Part shown: piece after piece, positions 27,449-37,600 of the stretch
Numbering within the stretch: the stretch's first letter is position 1
How the letters are laid out: each line of letters starts with the position of its first letter
NCBI GenBank assembly: GCA_016874675.1
Contig: VGTL01000007.1
Span: 41 to 64,040 of the forward strand
Length of the DNA: 64,000 bases
Source: Methanobacteriota archaeon
GTDB lineage: Archaea > Thermoplasmatota > DTKX01 > VGTL01
Direction of reading: 5' to 3'
Translations under genes and position numbers: made by a program
Notes under the pieces: generated by a model
The model's database searches: none
What the model was told of the DNA's origin: nothing
Seen by the model: only the letters and a program-made list of their open reading frames with translations

Positions 27449-30400
27449 TTATTCTGTCGGGAACCAACAGTCGCCCGGGCGAAAACGACGCTCGACCGGC
27501 AGGAACCGGGTCGCGGGACCGGCCGGAGCCCCCGACCCTTCCGGTCCGGCCGGCTCCGGCGGGACCCGTGCCCCGTCGTCGGTCCCGGTCACGCCCCGAC
27601 CGCCTTCCGCCGAGGGCCCGTCGTCGCAGGAGCGCCCGGTGCCGGGCATCGAGGGTGCGCTGGCCGCCGACCGTCCCTGCCCGGTCGTGGTGTTACCCGT
27701 CACGGTGACGTCGTCGATGAAGAACCCGCCGAACCCGGCGCCGAGGTCCTGGTGGTGGTTGACGGTGTCGTTGCGCGTGACCACGCGGAAGCGTATCTGT
27801 ATGACCGAGCCGGCCCAGCCCGAGAGGTCGCAGTTTAGGCGCGTGAGGGTGCCGGAGCTCACCCAGTTGCCCCCCAGGTTCACGCCGGTGTAGCTCGTCC
27901 CGTCGGGCCCGGCGGCCTCCGTCCCGGAGACGTTCCAGGCCGAGCGCACGCCCATGTTGAGCTGGCGCCAGCTCAGGCCGTTGTCGCCGGAGACCTCCAC
28001 GCGGAACCCGTCCGGGGGCCTTCCCTCGGGGTAGAGGATGTTGAAGCGGAACAGGGCGTTGAGCCGGACGTCCTTGGCGCGGCTGAGGTCTATGGGTATC
28101 GTGACCAGGCTGTTGTCCAGGCCGCCCTTCAGGGTGTCGATGCCGGCGCGCGGGTTGTGGTTCCACCAGGCGCGGGTGCCGCTTGCGGCGAACCGGCCGT
28201 CGGCGTAGTCGTCGCCGTACATCAGGCCCTCCTGCACGAGCTCCCACTGGTCCGTGGCGGCGGCCGTCACCGCCGCAGCGTCGGAGCGCTGGACGCGTAT
28301 CTCGACGTCGTCTATGGCCCAGCCGAAGCCCGTGCCCCCGCCGCAGAACAGGTACAGGAACCGGACCCTCACGTACTGCTGGCCGATGTACGGGGACAGG
28401 TCCGCCTGCACGAAGTCCCAGGTGAACTTCCCGGCGCCGGATATCCCGTTCCAGCACCAGCGCATGTCCGTGCCGGCGCCGTCCCTGAGGTGGGCGCTGC
28501 CCCACTCGGAGATCTTGAGGTTGTTGGGGTAGGGCTGGGTGGGCGCCAGGTAGCGGTAGGTCCAGGGCCCGCCGGCGCCCGGCGCCGTGCCGACCTGGAG
28601 CACGCCCCCGTTGGAGCCGACCTTGAGGTTGTACTTGTGCCAGAAGGTGAGCTTGGCCGAGGCGACGCCGGTCAGGCCGAAGGTCGGCGTGGTGATGGAC
28701 TTGTCGCGCGGGACCTCGTCGCCGTCGTTCCAGTAGGAGGTGAAGCTCTGGGGCGGCGGCCCCGCCGGCGGCGTCACCGCCGTTATGAGGACGTCGTCCA
28801 CGGACCAGCCGGTGTCTATGTTGTTGTCGTTGTTGGAGACGAACCGGAAGCGGAGCCTCATCTGGTTGGTGAGCGGCACGGTCCCCGAGACGGTCATGTC
28901 CAGGCCCAGCACCGCAGCCCAGGTGTTGTTGTTGGTGTCGGACTGCCACACCGTCACCCACGTGGCGCCGTTGTCGTTGCTGATGTCGGCGTAGCACCAG
29001 TCGTCGGCGAAGACGTCCGTGCGGTGCCAGAACGTGAGCAGGGGCGAGGTGTAGCCACCCGAGAGGTCGAAAATAGGGGAGACGAGGGTGTCGTCGTCGT
29101 TCTTGCGGTACTGGTTGCCGGCGTCGCGGTAGCACCGGTACGAGTAGCTGTCGGTGTGTGCCCAGGTCGTGTCCCGGTGCCAGTAGGAATCGGCCGGGGC
29201 GGCGTTGGTGATGGTCCACCCGGGCGGCGGCTCCAGCTCGAAGCCCTCCTGGATGAGGGTCACGGTGGCCTGCGGCGCGGCGGCGCCCTCCCCGCTGCGG
29301 CCCCAGCCGAGGGTGCCCGTCACGACCACGTCGTCCACCGACCAGCCCTGGGCGTTCGTGTTGCCGTCGGACCACATGCGGAACGCCACCTTCATCTGCG
29401 AGGTCGGGGTTAGGGCGTTGAGCAGGACGCCGGTGACGGACGCCGGGTTGGCGTTGTTGGCCCCCTGGATGTTGTTGGCGAAGCACTGGACGCCCACCCA
29501 GGTGGCGCCGTTGTCGTTGCTCAGGAACACGAAACCGGCGTCGAAGCCCCCGGCGCGGCGCATCGCCGGGCGGTGCCAGAAGCCGAGCTGCAGGTCGCGG
29601 TAGCCGTAGGCGTCGAAGGTCGGCGTGATGAGCCAGTCGTCGTTCCAGTTGGCGTAGGAGCCGACGCCGTCGTAGCATCGCCAGGAGTGGATTCCGGAGC
29701 CCCTGAAGTCGTTGGTCTGGTACCTCCAGAAGGTGCCCGCGGCGGCGTAGTTGCGGGTCGTCCAGCTGCCCGCGCCGGGCTCCATGTTGTCGGAGAAGAG
29801 CACGATCCTGGGGCTTGAGCCCGCCGCGTCGGGCGGGGGGGCCGGCCGGGCCGCCGGCGCGCCGCCGCGGCCCAGAGTCTGGGCGAGCTCCTCTATCTTC
29901 CTGGAGATGTTTTCGAACACCTGGGCGATGTCGCTGGGGCCGGGCGAGTAGTAGTACCACCCGCCGCCGCCGGGGGTGATGTTCGCCTCGGCCGCCAGGT
30001 TCACCATGTTCGTCCTTATGGTGGCGGTGATGCCGGCGCCGTAGCCTATGAGGAACACCGGTATCGGCTGGGTCTTGACGATGGCCATGGCGGCGGCCAG
30101 GCCGGCGGCCACGCTCGGCTGGTCCGAGTTGCTGTCCCCGTCGGTCAGGACGACTATGCAGCGCACTCGGGTGTTGTCCCCGTAGTCCCGGATGTACCTG
30201 TAGCTCACCACCACGGCGTTCCAGAAGGGCGTGCCCCCGTCGATCGTTATGTTCACGATGCCGTCGGCAAGCAGGCTCTTGTCGCCGGTGAGCGGGGTGA
30301 ACAGCCTGGTGTAGTAGGGCGTGAGCGGCGGGTTGGGGGCGCTGTTGAGCGGGTAGTTCGTGGTGAAGGCCGCTATCGCCCCCCGGTCGCTCGTGTGCAT

Positions 30401-33400
30401 CCGGTTGACGAACGTGAACATCGCCGACTTGGCGCCCTCGGCCCTCGCCGGCGTGTCCCACTCCATGGACCCCGTGGCGTCCAGCGTCAGGATGACGTCC
30501 ACCGGCGTGCGCGAGGTGGCGACGGGCTCGTGCATGTAGAACGCCCTGTCCTGGCTGTGGTACTGCTTCGTGATGTTCGCGAGGCTGGCGTTGTCGGTGG
30601 TGTTCCTCCAGCCGTTGTACTCGGCCCAGCTGCCCAGAATGTCGCTTGCGACCGGCCCGGGGTCGAGGTACTCCAGGGTGGATTCGCCGTTGATGCGGGC
30701 GATGGTGGAGCTGTGGGACCACTTCCCGGTCCCGTCCTCCATGTCGTCGTAGAAGAAGTATACCTGGAGGTTCACCCGGGCGTCGTTGTTGAACTCGAAG
30801 ACCTCCCCCAGGAGGTCGTCGGGGTCGACCCGGACCGACATCACCCGGTTGCCGGCGAAGAGGGGCGTCCAGATGACCTCCACGAGGGCGAAGGAGTCGT
30901 GCTCCACGGAGATGGAGACCGAGTCTATCACCGTGCCGCCGTCGCTGAAGCGCACCACGGCGTCGCCGCGGGTCCCGCCGGGGTTCCAGACCCTGGCCTT
31001 GAGCATGTAGGATTCGCCCATCATGGGCTTCATGTCCCGCAGGGGCTGCAATGTCGTGTGGAAGAGGTCCAGGTGGGTGATGCGCAGCTCGGTGCGCTCG
31101 TCGTACATGTTGAACCAGCCCATCACTAGGTAGGCGAGCTCGGCGTTGCAGTCCTCGTTGTCCGTGTAGGAGATGAAGCTCGGGTCCCAGCCGAAGACCA
31201 CCGTGCGGAAGTTGGCGGTGACGTTGTCGTGCCTGATCGCTATGAACGGCCGGGAGAGCTGGACGTCGTCCACGCGGGCCGTGCCGGTCCCTATCGCCAC
31301 CTCGAAGCCGTCCACCTCCCGGATGTTGAGGCCCCCGCCCGCGCCCTCGCGCAGGTCCAGGAGCAGGTCCCGGGTGACGGTGTGCCAGCCGTTGTCGGCG
31401 GTGTAGGCCCCCAGGCCGTGGTGCACCGGCTCGGCCCCCAGGAGGCTTGTGTCCGAGTTCGTGTAGGTGAGCGTGTGCTTCGTGCCGACGGTGTCCGTGA
31501 GGTGCCAGACGAAGGTGTAGGGTATGGCCGAGCGGAAGCTCCACCGGGCGACGGAGCGCTGCTCCTCCTTCCAGGGCAGCGAGTTGGGGTTCTGGTCGGA
31601 CGCCTGGCTGAAGTCGCCCACGATGAAGGAGTTGGGGTTGATGTGCGCGCCGGTCCGGGCGACCTGTATCACGTTCTGGCCGCGCAAGGGGTCGTAAACG
31701 TTGGTTATCGTGGAGGAGGTCAGGGGCTGGACGACGCGGGCGTACCAGCCGGCGGTGGTGCCGTCCTTGCCGTCGGAGTAGACGATCTCGTTTGGGGTTG
31801 TGATGTCAGGCATCGGCTTCTGGTAGAGCATGCCCAGGCCGTCGTTGTAGGGGACGAGCTTGTGGGCGGCGTCGGCGTAGGTGGGCGTCGCCGGGTACCT
31901 GGTCCCGTGGGCGATGGGGTCCAGGTTGGCGCCCTCCAGGTGATCGGGCGTCCTCTGCCCGACGGGGTTGTCCACCCGCGCCAGCCGCAGGTAGTCCCGG
32001 ACGAACGGGTCGGCGCCGCCCGTGTAGTCGCCGTTGGGGACGGCCCGGGGCCCGACCAGCCACAGGTACCGGCCGTCCCCCTTGTCGAGGAAGGTCTTGA
32101 GGCTGGCCTTGTCCGTGGCGGTGAGCGCGTTGCCGGCCTGGCCGGTCACCCATATTATGGCGTTGTAGAGCTCCATCTTGGCGATTCCGGGGCCGTCGCC
32201 CGCGCCGGTGGTGTTGACCTGGTCGTAGGTGTAGCCCAGAAGGTCGAACGCCCGGGTCAGGTTGGCGGTCGAATCGTAAAAGAGCCCGCCGTTGTTGGGG
32301 CTGCCGTCGTCGTCAACGACCAGCGTTCCGTAGCGGACGAACACGGTCCGGGCGAGCGAGGCCGCCACCTCGTTGTTGTTCTCGTTGAGCTCCTGGATGT
32401 AGTCGTAGGGGTCGACCTTGCCCAGCACGGTGTGCTCGCCGATCCGGTCCGCGATCCAGCCCATGGTCACCTTGATGAAGCCGCCCCGCCCGGGCACCTT
32501 CAGGCTGGCGTTGCCGGTGTCCTGCGGGATCCATATCTCCGAGGTGGGCGGGTCGAGGGTGGTGTTGCCCCCGCCTGCCTCTATCGTCACGTGCACCGGG
32601 TCGAACACGATCCCGTCCACGTAGAACCCGACCTGGAGCTGGGGCCGGCTCTGGTCCACCGGCTCGTCCCCGACGCCGTTGTTTCGCAGGTACATCGTGA
32701 TGTTGACCATCTCCATGAACGCCGGCGTGGTCTTGCTGAACCGCTGGTCCGAGACCCCGAGGTCCCGGCCCCAGGCGGCGCCCACTCCGAACCACTCGAG
32801 CATCTCGTAGGTCATAATCGAGCGCTCGTTGGGCGACCTTATGCGGGAGGGCTCGAACCCGAAGAGGCAGGTCTTGTAGGTGTCGTCGGTCGGGGTGCCG
32901 TTGGTGGTGGCGTTGAACAGGATGGCGAAGGCGTTGCCGCCCCCCGACTCGTTGAACACTGCCGCGCCGGTGGGCAGGAGCCTCATGGTGTCGGAGCGGT
33001 CCGGAAGGCCGGTGGGGAAGGGCAGGTCCATGACCATGTTGAAGCCCGCCATCGGGTTCCGGCCCTCCACATCGTTCGTGAGCCCCACGTTGAGATGGCC
33101 CAGGGGGGTGGCCGGGCTCACCTTCATGTATGTGTTGAGGAAGGCGTTGGTCCGGCCCAGGCCGCTCAGGACGTCCTGCCCGATGAGCCAGAGCTTGCCC
33201 TTGTCGTCGAGGTAGCGGCCCAGCTGGACCTGGTCGTTCGCCGTGACCGTGGTCCCGGGCTCGTAGCCTGTGAGCCAGATGACGAGATCGTAGTCCACGA
33301 GGGGCCTCTCGCCGGCGTCGAAGAGGGGACCGTCCCCCCCGCCCGGGACCGTGTGGACCGAAAACGACGCCGCCACCGAGCCCAGGGCCTCCTTCATCGA

Positions 33401-34630
33401 GGTGGTGACGTCGCGCAGCCCCCCGTCGCCCGCCCGGTCGTCGTCCACGAGCAGGATGGTCGGCAGCACCTCCACCTGGAGGAGCGCCTGGTCCGTGGAG
33501 CCGCTGGGGTCGGTGACGTTGACGATGACGTTGTGGGTGCCCCCGCGGGGGGTCCGCCACACGATGGTGGAGACGGACTCGCCGCCCACCGGAACGCCCA
33601 GCCCGGTGTCCTCGCCGATGAGGTTGGCCGGGTCGACGCTGCCCAGGTAGTAGCGGACGGTGGCGTTGGCGGGCACGCCCCCCTGGTTGGAGATGCGCGC
33701 CGTCAGGTTGACGTAGGCCCCGTGCACCGGGAACCGGGGCAATGACTCTATGGAGCGTATCCGCAGCACCGGGTTCCCCGGGTGGGAGGCGATGACCGTG
33801 TAGCCAACGCGGTAGTCTGTCGAGGCGTAGTTGTTGGCGAACCGGGTCTCGTTGGGCAGGGGAACGATCCTGACGCTCAGGGTGTGCATCCCCCAGCTGC
33901 CGGCCGGTATGCGGTACTGCACGCTGAGGTTGGTCGAGGAGGTGCCGTCGAGGTCCAGAGTGGCGGTGAGCACCGGGTAGGACCGCCGGTCCAGCACGGA
34001 GTAGTCCGAGACCCTGACCGTGAAGTTTTGGGCGGCCGCCGGGCCGAAGTTGTGCACCGTGACATTGACGGTCACGGTGTCGTCGGCCATCGGGCCGTTG
34101 GTGTCGTTGAAGGTCGCGTTCCGGAAGAGGATGATTATGTCGTTGCGCGAAAGCCCCAGGTCGGGCACCATGCTGGCGTCCGGGCCGCGCTGGAGGACCT
34201 GGTCCAGGAGGACCATGTCGTTTTTCGTGTCGATGACCTGTATCCTCACCCTCTGGCTGGGGTTGGTGATGTACCGCAGCGTCCAGTTCTCGCCCACCTG
34301 CCAGCCCTGCCCGGCCTTGCCGTCGGTGATCGAGGCCTGCCGGTCGTACGTATCGTTCACGTAGAGCTGGAACCGGGTGGAGAGGTTGTCGAGCGCCTCG
34401 CCGCCCATGTGGAGGACGGTGATGTCCTCCCCGTCGTAGGAGGCCACCAGGTCCGCCCGCACGCTGTCCCGCGGGTCCTGCACCGTGCTCAGCTGGAGCG
34501 CCAGCGCCGAGACCATTATGACGGACATGGCGACGAGCAGGATGTCGCCGATAATCTCGGCCGCGCCCGACCGGTCGCCGGAGAACCTCCGCCCCGATTT
34601 TGCCCTTCCGATGCCGCGCCTTGCGTTCAT
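27449..34630 (-). CDS. Giant type IV pilin-adhesin A (2393 aa): archaeal pilin N-domain, CARDB, alpha/beta domains, vWA, MAM-like jelly-rolls
   Basis: DRSG|AAEIIGDILLV, HMGGE, MIDAS DATGS...T...LTDG, repeated FWH...GW.VDDV. Confidence 0.85.
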   Translation of the reverse strand: MNARRGIGRAKSGRRFSGDRSGAAEIIGDILLVAMSVIMVSALALQLSTVQDPRDSVRADLVASYDGEDITVLHMGGEALDNLSTRFQLYVNDTYDRQASITDGKAGQGWQVGENWTLRYITNPSQRVRIQVIDTKNDMVLLDQVLQRGPDASMVPDLGLSRNDIIILFRNATFNDTNGPMADDTVTVNVTVHNFGPAAAQNFTVRVSDYSVLDRRSYPVLTATLDLDGTSSTNLSVQYRIPAGSWGMHTLSVRIVPLPNETRFANNYASTDYRVGYTVIASHPGNPVLRIRSIESLPRFPVHGAYVNLTARISNQGGVPANATVRYYLGSVDPANLIGEDTGLGVPVGGESVSTIVWRTPRGGTHNVIVNVTDPSGSTDQALLQVEVLPTILLVDDDRAGDGGLRDVTTSMKEALGSVAASFSVHTVPGGGDGPLFDAGERPLVDYDLVIWLTGYEPGTTVTANDQVQLGRYLDDKGKLWLIGQDVLSGLGRTNAFLNTYMKVSPATPLGHLNVGLTNDVEGRNPMAGFNMVMDLPFPTGLPDRSDTMRLLPTGAAVFNESGGGNAFAILFNATTNGTPTDDTYKTCLFGFEPSRIRSPNERSIMTYEMLEWFGVGAAWGRDLGVSDQRFSKTTPAFMEMVNITMYLRNNGVGDEPVDQSRPQLQVGFYVDGIVFDPVHVTIEAGGGNTTLDPPTSEIWIPQDTGNASLKVPGRGGFIKVTMGWIADRIGEHTVLGKVDPYDYIQELNENNNEVAASLARTVFVRYGTLVVDDDGSPNNGGLFYDSTANLTRAFDLLGYTYDQVNTTGAGDGPGIAKMELYNAIIWVTGQAGNALTATDKASLKTFLDKGDGRYLWLVGPRAVPNGDYTGGADPFVRDYLRLARVDNPVGQRTPDHLEGANLDPIAHGTRYPATPTYADAAHKLVPYNDGLGMLYQKPMPDITTPNEIVYSDGKDGTTAGWYARVVQPLTSSTITNVYDPLRGQNVIQVARTGAHINPNSFIVGDFSQASDQNPNSLPWKEEQRSVARWSFRSAIPYTFVWHLTDTVGTKHTLTYTNSDTSLLGAEPVHHGLGAYTADNGWHTVTRDLLLDLREGAGGGLNIREVDGFEVAIGTGTARVDDVQLSRPFIAIRHDNVTANFRTVVFGWDPSFISYTDNEDCNAELAYLVMGWFNMYDERTELRITHLDLFHTTLQPLRDMKPMMGESYMLKARVWNPGGTRGDAVVRFSDGGTVIDSVSISVEHDSFALVEVIWTPLFAGNRVMSVRVDPDDLLGEVFEFNNDARVNLQVYFFYDDMEDGTGKWSHSSTIARINGESTLEYLDPGPVASDILGSWAEYNGWRNTTDNASLANITKQYHSQDRAFYMHEPVATSRTPVDVILTLDATGSMEWDTPARAEGAKSAMFTFVNRMHTSDRGAIAAFTTNYPLNSAPNPPLTPYYTRLFTPLTGDKSLLADGIVNITIDGGTPFWNAVVVSYRYIRDYGDNTRVRCIVVLTDGDSNSDQPSVAAGLAAAMAIVKTQPIPVFLIGYGAGITATIRTNMVNLAAEANITPGGGGWYYYSPGPSDIAQVFENISRKIEELAQTLGRGGAPAARPAPPPDAAGSSPRIVLFSDNMEPGAGSWTTRNYAAAGTFWRYQTNDFRGSGIHSWRCYDGVGSYANWNDDWLITPTFDAYGYRDLQLGFWHRPAMRRAGGFDAGFVFLSNDNGATWVGVQCFANNIQGANNANPASVTGVLLNALTPTSQMKVAFRMWSDGNTNAQGWSVDDVVVTGTLGWGRSGEGAAAPQATVTLIQEGFELEPPPGWTITNAAPADSYWHRDTTWAHTDSYSYRCYRDAGNQYRKNDDDTLVSPIFDLSGGYTSPLLTFWHRTDVFADDWCYADISNDNGATWVTVWQSDTNNNTWAAVLGLDMTVSGTVPLTNQMRLRFRFVSNNDNNIDTGWSVDDVLITAVTPPAGPPPQSFTSYWNDGDEVPRDKSITTPTFGLTGVASAKLTFWHKYNLKVGSNGGVLQVGTAPGAGGPWTYRYLAPTQPYPNNLKISEWGSAHLRDGAGTDMRWCWNGISGAGKFTWDFVQADLSPYIGQQYVRVRFLYLFCGGGTGFGWAIDDVEIRVQRSDAAAVTAAATDQWELVQEGLMYGDDYADGRFAASGTRAWWNHNPRAGIDTLKGGLDNSLVTIPIDLSRAKDVRLNALFRFNILYPEGRPPDGFRVEVSGDNGLSWRQLNMGVRSAWNVSGTEAAGPDGTSYTGVNLGGNWVSSGTLTRLNCDLSGWAGSVIQIRFRVVTRNDTVNHHQDLGAGFGGFFIDDVTVTGNTTTGQGRSAASAPSMPGTGRSCDDGPSAEGGRGVTGTDDGARVPPEPAGPEGSGAPAGPATRFLPVERRFRPGDCWFPTE

Positions 34631-37600
34631 TGCCTGTGCCCCCTTTGGGAATCACTCACGATAAGCTCGTTTCTGGAAAGGATCGTCATCACCGGCACCG
34701 CCGGGGCCGGCCGGGCCGCCTGCGGCGATGCGGGCCCCGTCCCGGCCGGCGGGGCCGCCTGCGGCGACGGCGCGGGATCGCCGGTCCCGACCGCATCCCC
34801 CGCCGCGGCCGGAGCACCGTCCGGGGCGGCCCCCGGCCCGCCGGCCGACCGGCCGCCGGTGGTGGTGTTGCCGAACACCGTCACGTCGTCGATGTAGAAC
34901 CCGCCCCATCCCGTGACGGAGTGGTAGTGGTTCACCGAATCCGTGCGGGTGACCACCCGGAACCGCAGCTGGATGACCGAGCCCGCCCAGCCGGTGAGGT
35001 CGCAGTTGAGCCGGGTGAGGCTCGTGGAGTGGACCCAGTTGCCGCCCAGGTCCACGCCGGTGAAGCTCGTGCCGTCGGGCCCGGCCGCCTCCGTGCCCGA
35101 GACCTTCCAGGCGGAGCGGACGCCGAAGTTTATCGGCCTCCAGCTCACCCCGCCGTCCGACGAGACCTCGACGCGGAAGCCGTCCGGCGGTCGGCCGTCC
35201 GTGTAGTTGATGTTGAACTTGAACTTGGCGATGAGCCGGGCGTCCAGCGCGCTCCTCAGGTCTATGGGGACGGTCAGGAGCGAGTTGTCGAGCCCGGGCC
35301 GCAGGTAGTCGACGCTCGGGGACGGGCTGTGGCAGAGCCAGGCCCAGTCCCCGCTCCAGGCGTCGGCGGTGTCCGCCCCGCCGCCCAGCAGCGTGCCCTT
35401 CCGGACCAGCTCCCACTGGTCCCTGGATGTGTCGGTGACGGCCACGGAGTTGGAGCGGCTGACCCGGACCTCGACGTCGTCTATCCACCAGCCCAGTCCC
35501 CCGCCCCCGCCGGCGCGCAGGTAGGCGAACATGACGCGCACGTACTGCTGGCCGCAGAAGGAATTGAGGTTGACCTCGGCGAACTCCCAGTCGAAGTCGC
35601 CCTTGCCTGAGATCCCGTTCCAGGCCCAGCGGATCTCGGAGCCCAGGTCGTCGAGGCGGGTGATTGTGGTCTTCAGGTTGCCCTTGTAGGACTGGCCGGG
35701 GGTCACGTACTTGTAAGTGAAGGTGGTGTTGTCGGCCGAGGTGCCCACGAGCACCACGCAGCCGCTCAGGCCCATCGTGATGGAGTACTTGTGCCAGAAG
35801 CTCAGCCGCGCTGAGCTCACCCCGCGAAGGTCGATGCTCTGCGTCAGGGCGTACCGGTCGTTGGGGCCGGGGATGTTGGGGCTCCGGGCGCCGGCGGCGC
35901 CCTCGGCGGACCCGCCCGTCCGGGAGCCGGGCGCCGGCGCGCCGGGGCCGGGCGCCTCCGGCCCGGGCGCCGCCGCGCCCCGGGCCAGCACCAGCGACGA
36001 GAGCTGCTCGCCCACGGCCTGGAACACGCCGAAGAGGTCCAGGCTCGAGGGCGCGTAGAAGTAGGACCCCTTGGGGGAGGTGGTGGCGATGCGGTACAGG
36101 TTGTACTCCGGCGTGCCGGACTCCTGGGAGCCGGCGCCGGTGTAGACGGTGAAGGCGTTCTGGGCCCGGTCGACGACGTTGGCCGCCACCGAGGTGGACG
36201 AGAACGCCGGCAGGTTGGGGTCGTGCTCCAGGTCGATGCCAATGGTGAATAGGGGTATGGGCGCGTTGAGCAGCCCCTTGCGGGTGCCGTCGGCCACCGA
36301 GAAGCTCTGGGTGAACCAGTAGCCCGGGATGGCGGCCTTCCCGAAGTACTTGCCGGTGTGGCTGCCGGCCACCTGCGTCACCCCCCAGTTCCACCAGGGG
36401 GCGTAGCCCCACGGGTTGTCGTCGCTGCCCAGCTCCAGCTGGTTGTAGTCGGCGGGCCAGCTGGGGGGCAGGCCTATCGTGCCGTCCGAGCCCTGGTAGT
36501 CCTGGCCGTCGCAGAGCGCCACCACCGCCGGGACGCGGTCGGGGGATCTGAAGTCGATCACGTACTGGATCGCCTCGCCGAAGGCGAGCCAGATGGGCGT
36601 CCAGGCCTGCACCGACAGGCCGTTTATGGTGGTCGTCACCCCCGCCCGGCCGGCCGCGTCGAGCAGCGTGAACGGCCGCACGAACCGCTGGCCGGGGTTG
36701 GAGGCCATGCAGAATATCGCCACCCGGCTGTCGTTGGTCAGGTTGTTGACCAGCGTGAGGGCCGCCGCCTTCTCGTCGGCCAGGGGCTGGCCGGTCATCG
36801 AGTTCGAGGTGTCGAAGACCAGCGCCAGGTCCACCGGCGGCCCCGGCTCCTTCATGTGGAACGAGGAGTTCATGGAGTGGTAGTCCCGGGTGGTCTGGGC
36901 GAACCCGGAGAGCGCCTGCCAGGAGGACGCCACGCCGGTGCTCACGTTGCCGATGTCGATGTACTCGAGGGCCGACTCGCCGTTTATGCGCACCACGGTG
37001 GCCTCGTGGCGGAAGTTGCGCGCCCCGTCCTCCATGTCGTCGTAGAAGAAGTAGGAGCGCAGGTTAACGGAGGCCAGGTCGTTGAACCGCATTATCTCGG
37101 ACACCACCGAGTCGGGGTCGAGCTGGACCGATATCTTGCGGTCCCCGGCGAAGAGCGGGGTCCAGATGATCTCGGCTATCGTCTCTCCGTCGGGCGCCAC
37201 CGAGACGAACGAGGTCCCGATGACGGTGCTGCCGTCGAGGAAGCGCACCGAGCAGTCCCCGCGGGCGCCGCCCGGGTTGGCGACCACCGCCTTGACCACG
37301 TAGGAGTTGCCCATCGCCGGGTGCATCCCTTGGATGGGAGTCAGGTTGCCGTAGTACATGTCCATCTCCGTGACGCGCAGCTCCACCCGCGTCTCGGGCA
37401 AGCCCAGCCAGTGGAGCGCCATGTAAACGAGCTCCGATTCGTACTCGGTCTCCGGCACCGTGCCGCGCCCGGCGATGAACGAGAGGTCGTAGCCGCAAAG
37501 GAGGGTACGGTAGCCCATGGAGGACGAGTCGAACCGGACTGCGTTGTATGACGATCCCGCAGGGTTCAGGTAGGTCACGCCCCGGGCGTCCGCCCGCGGG

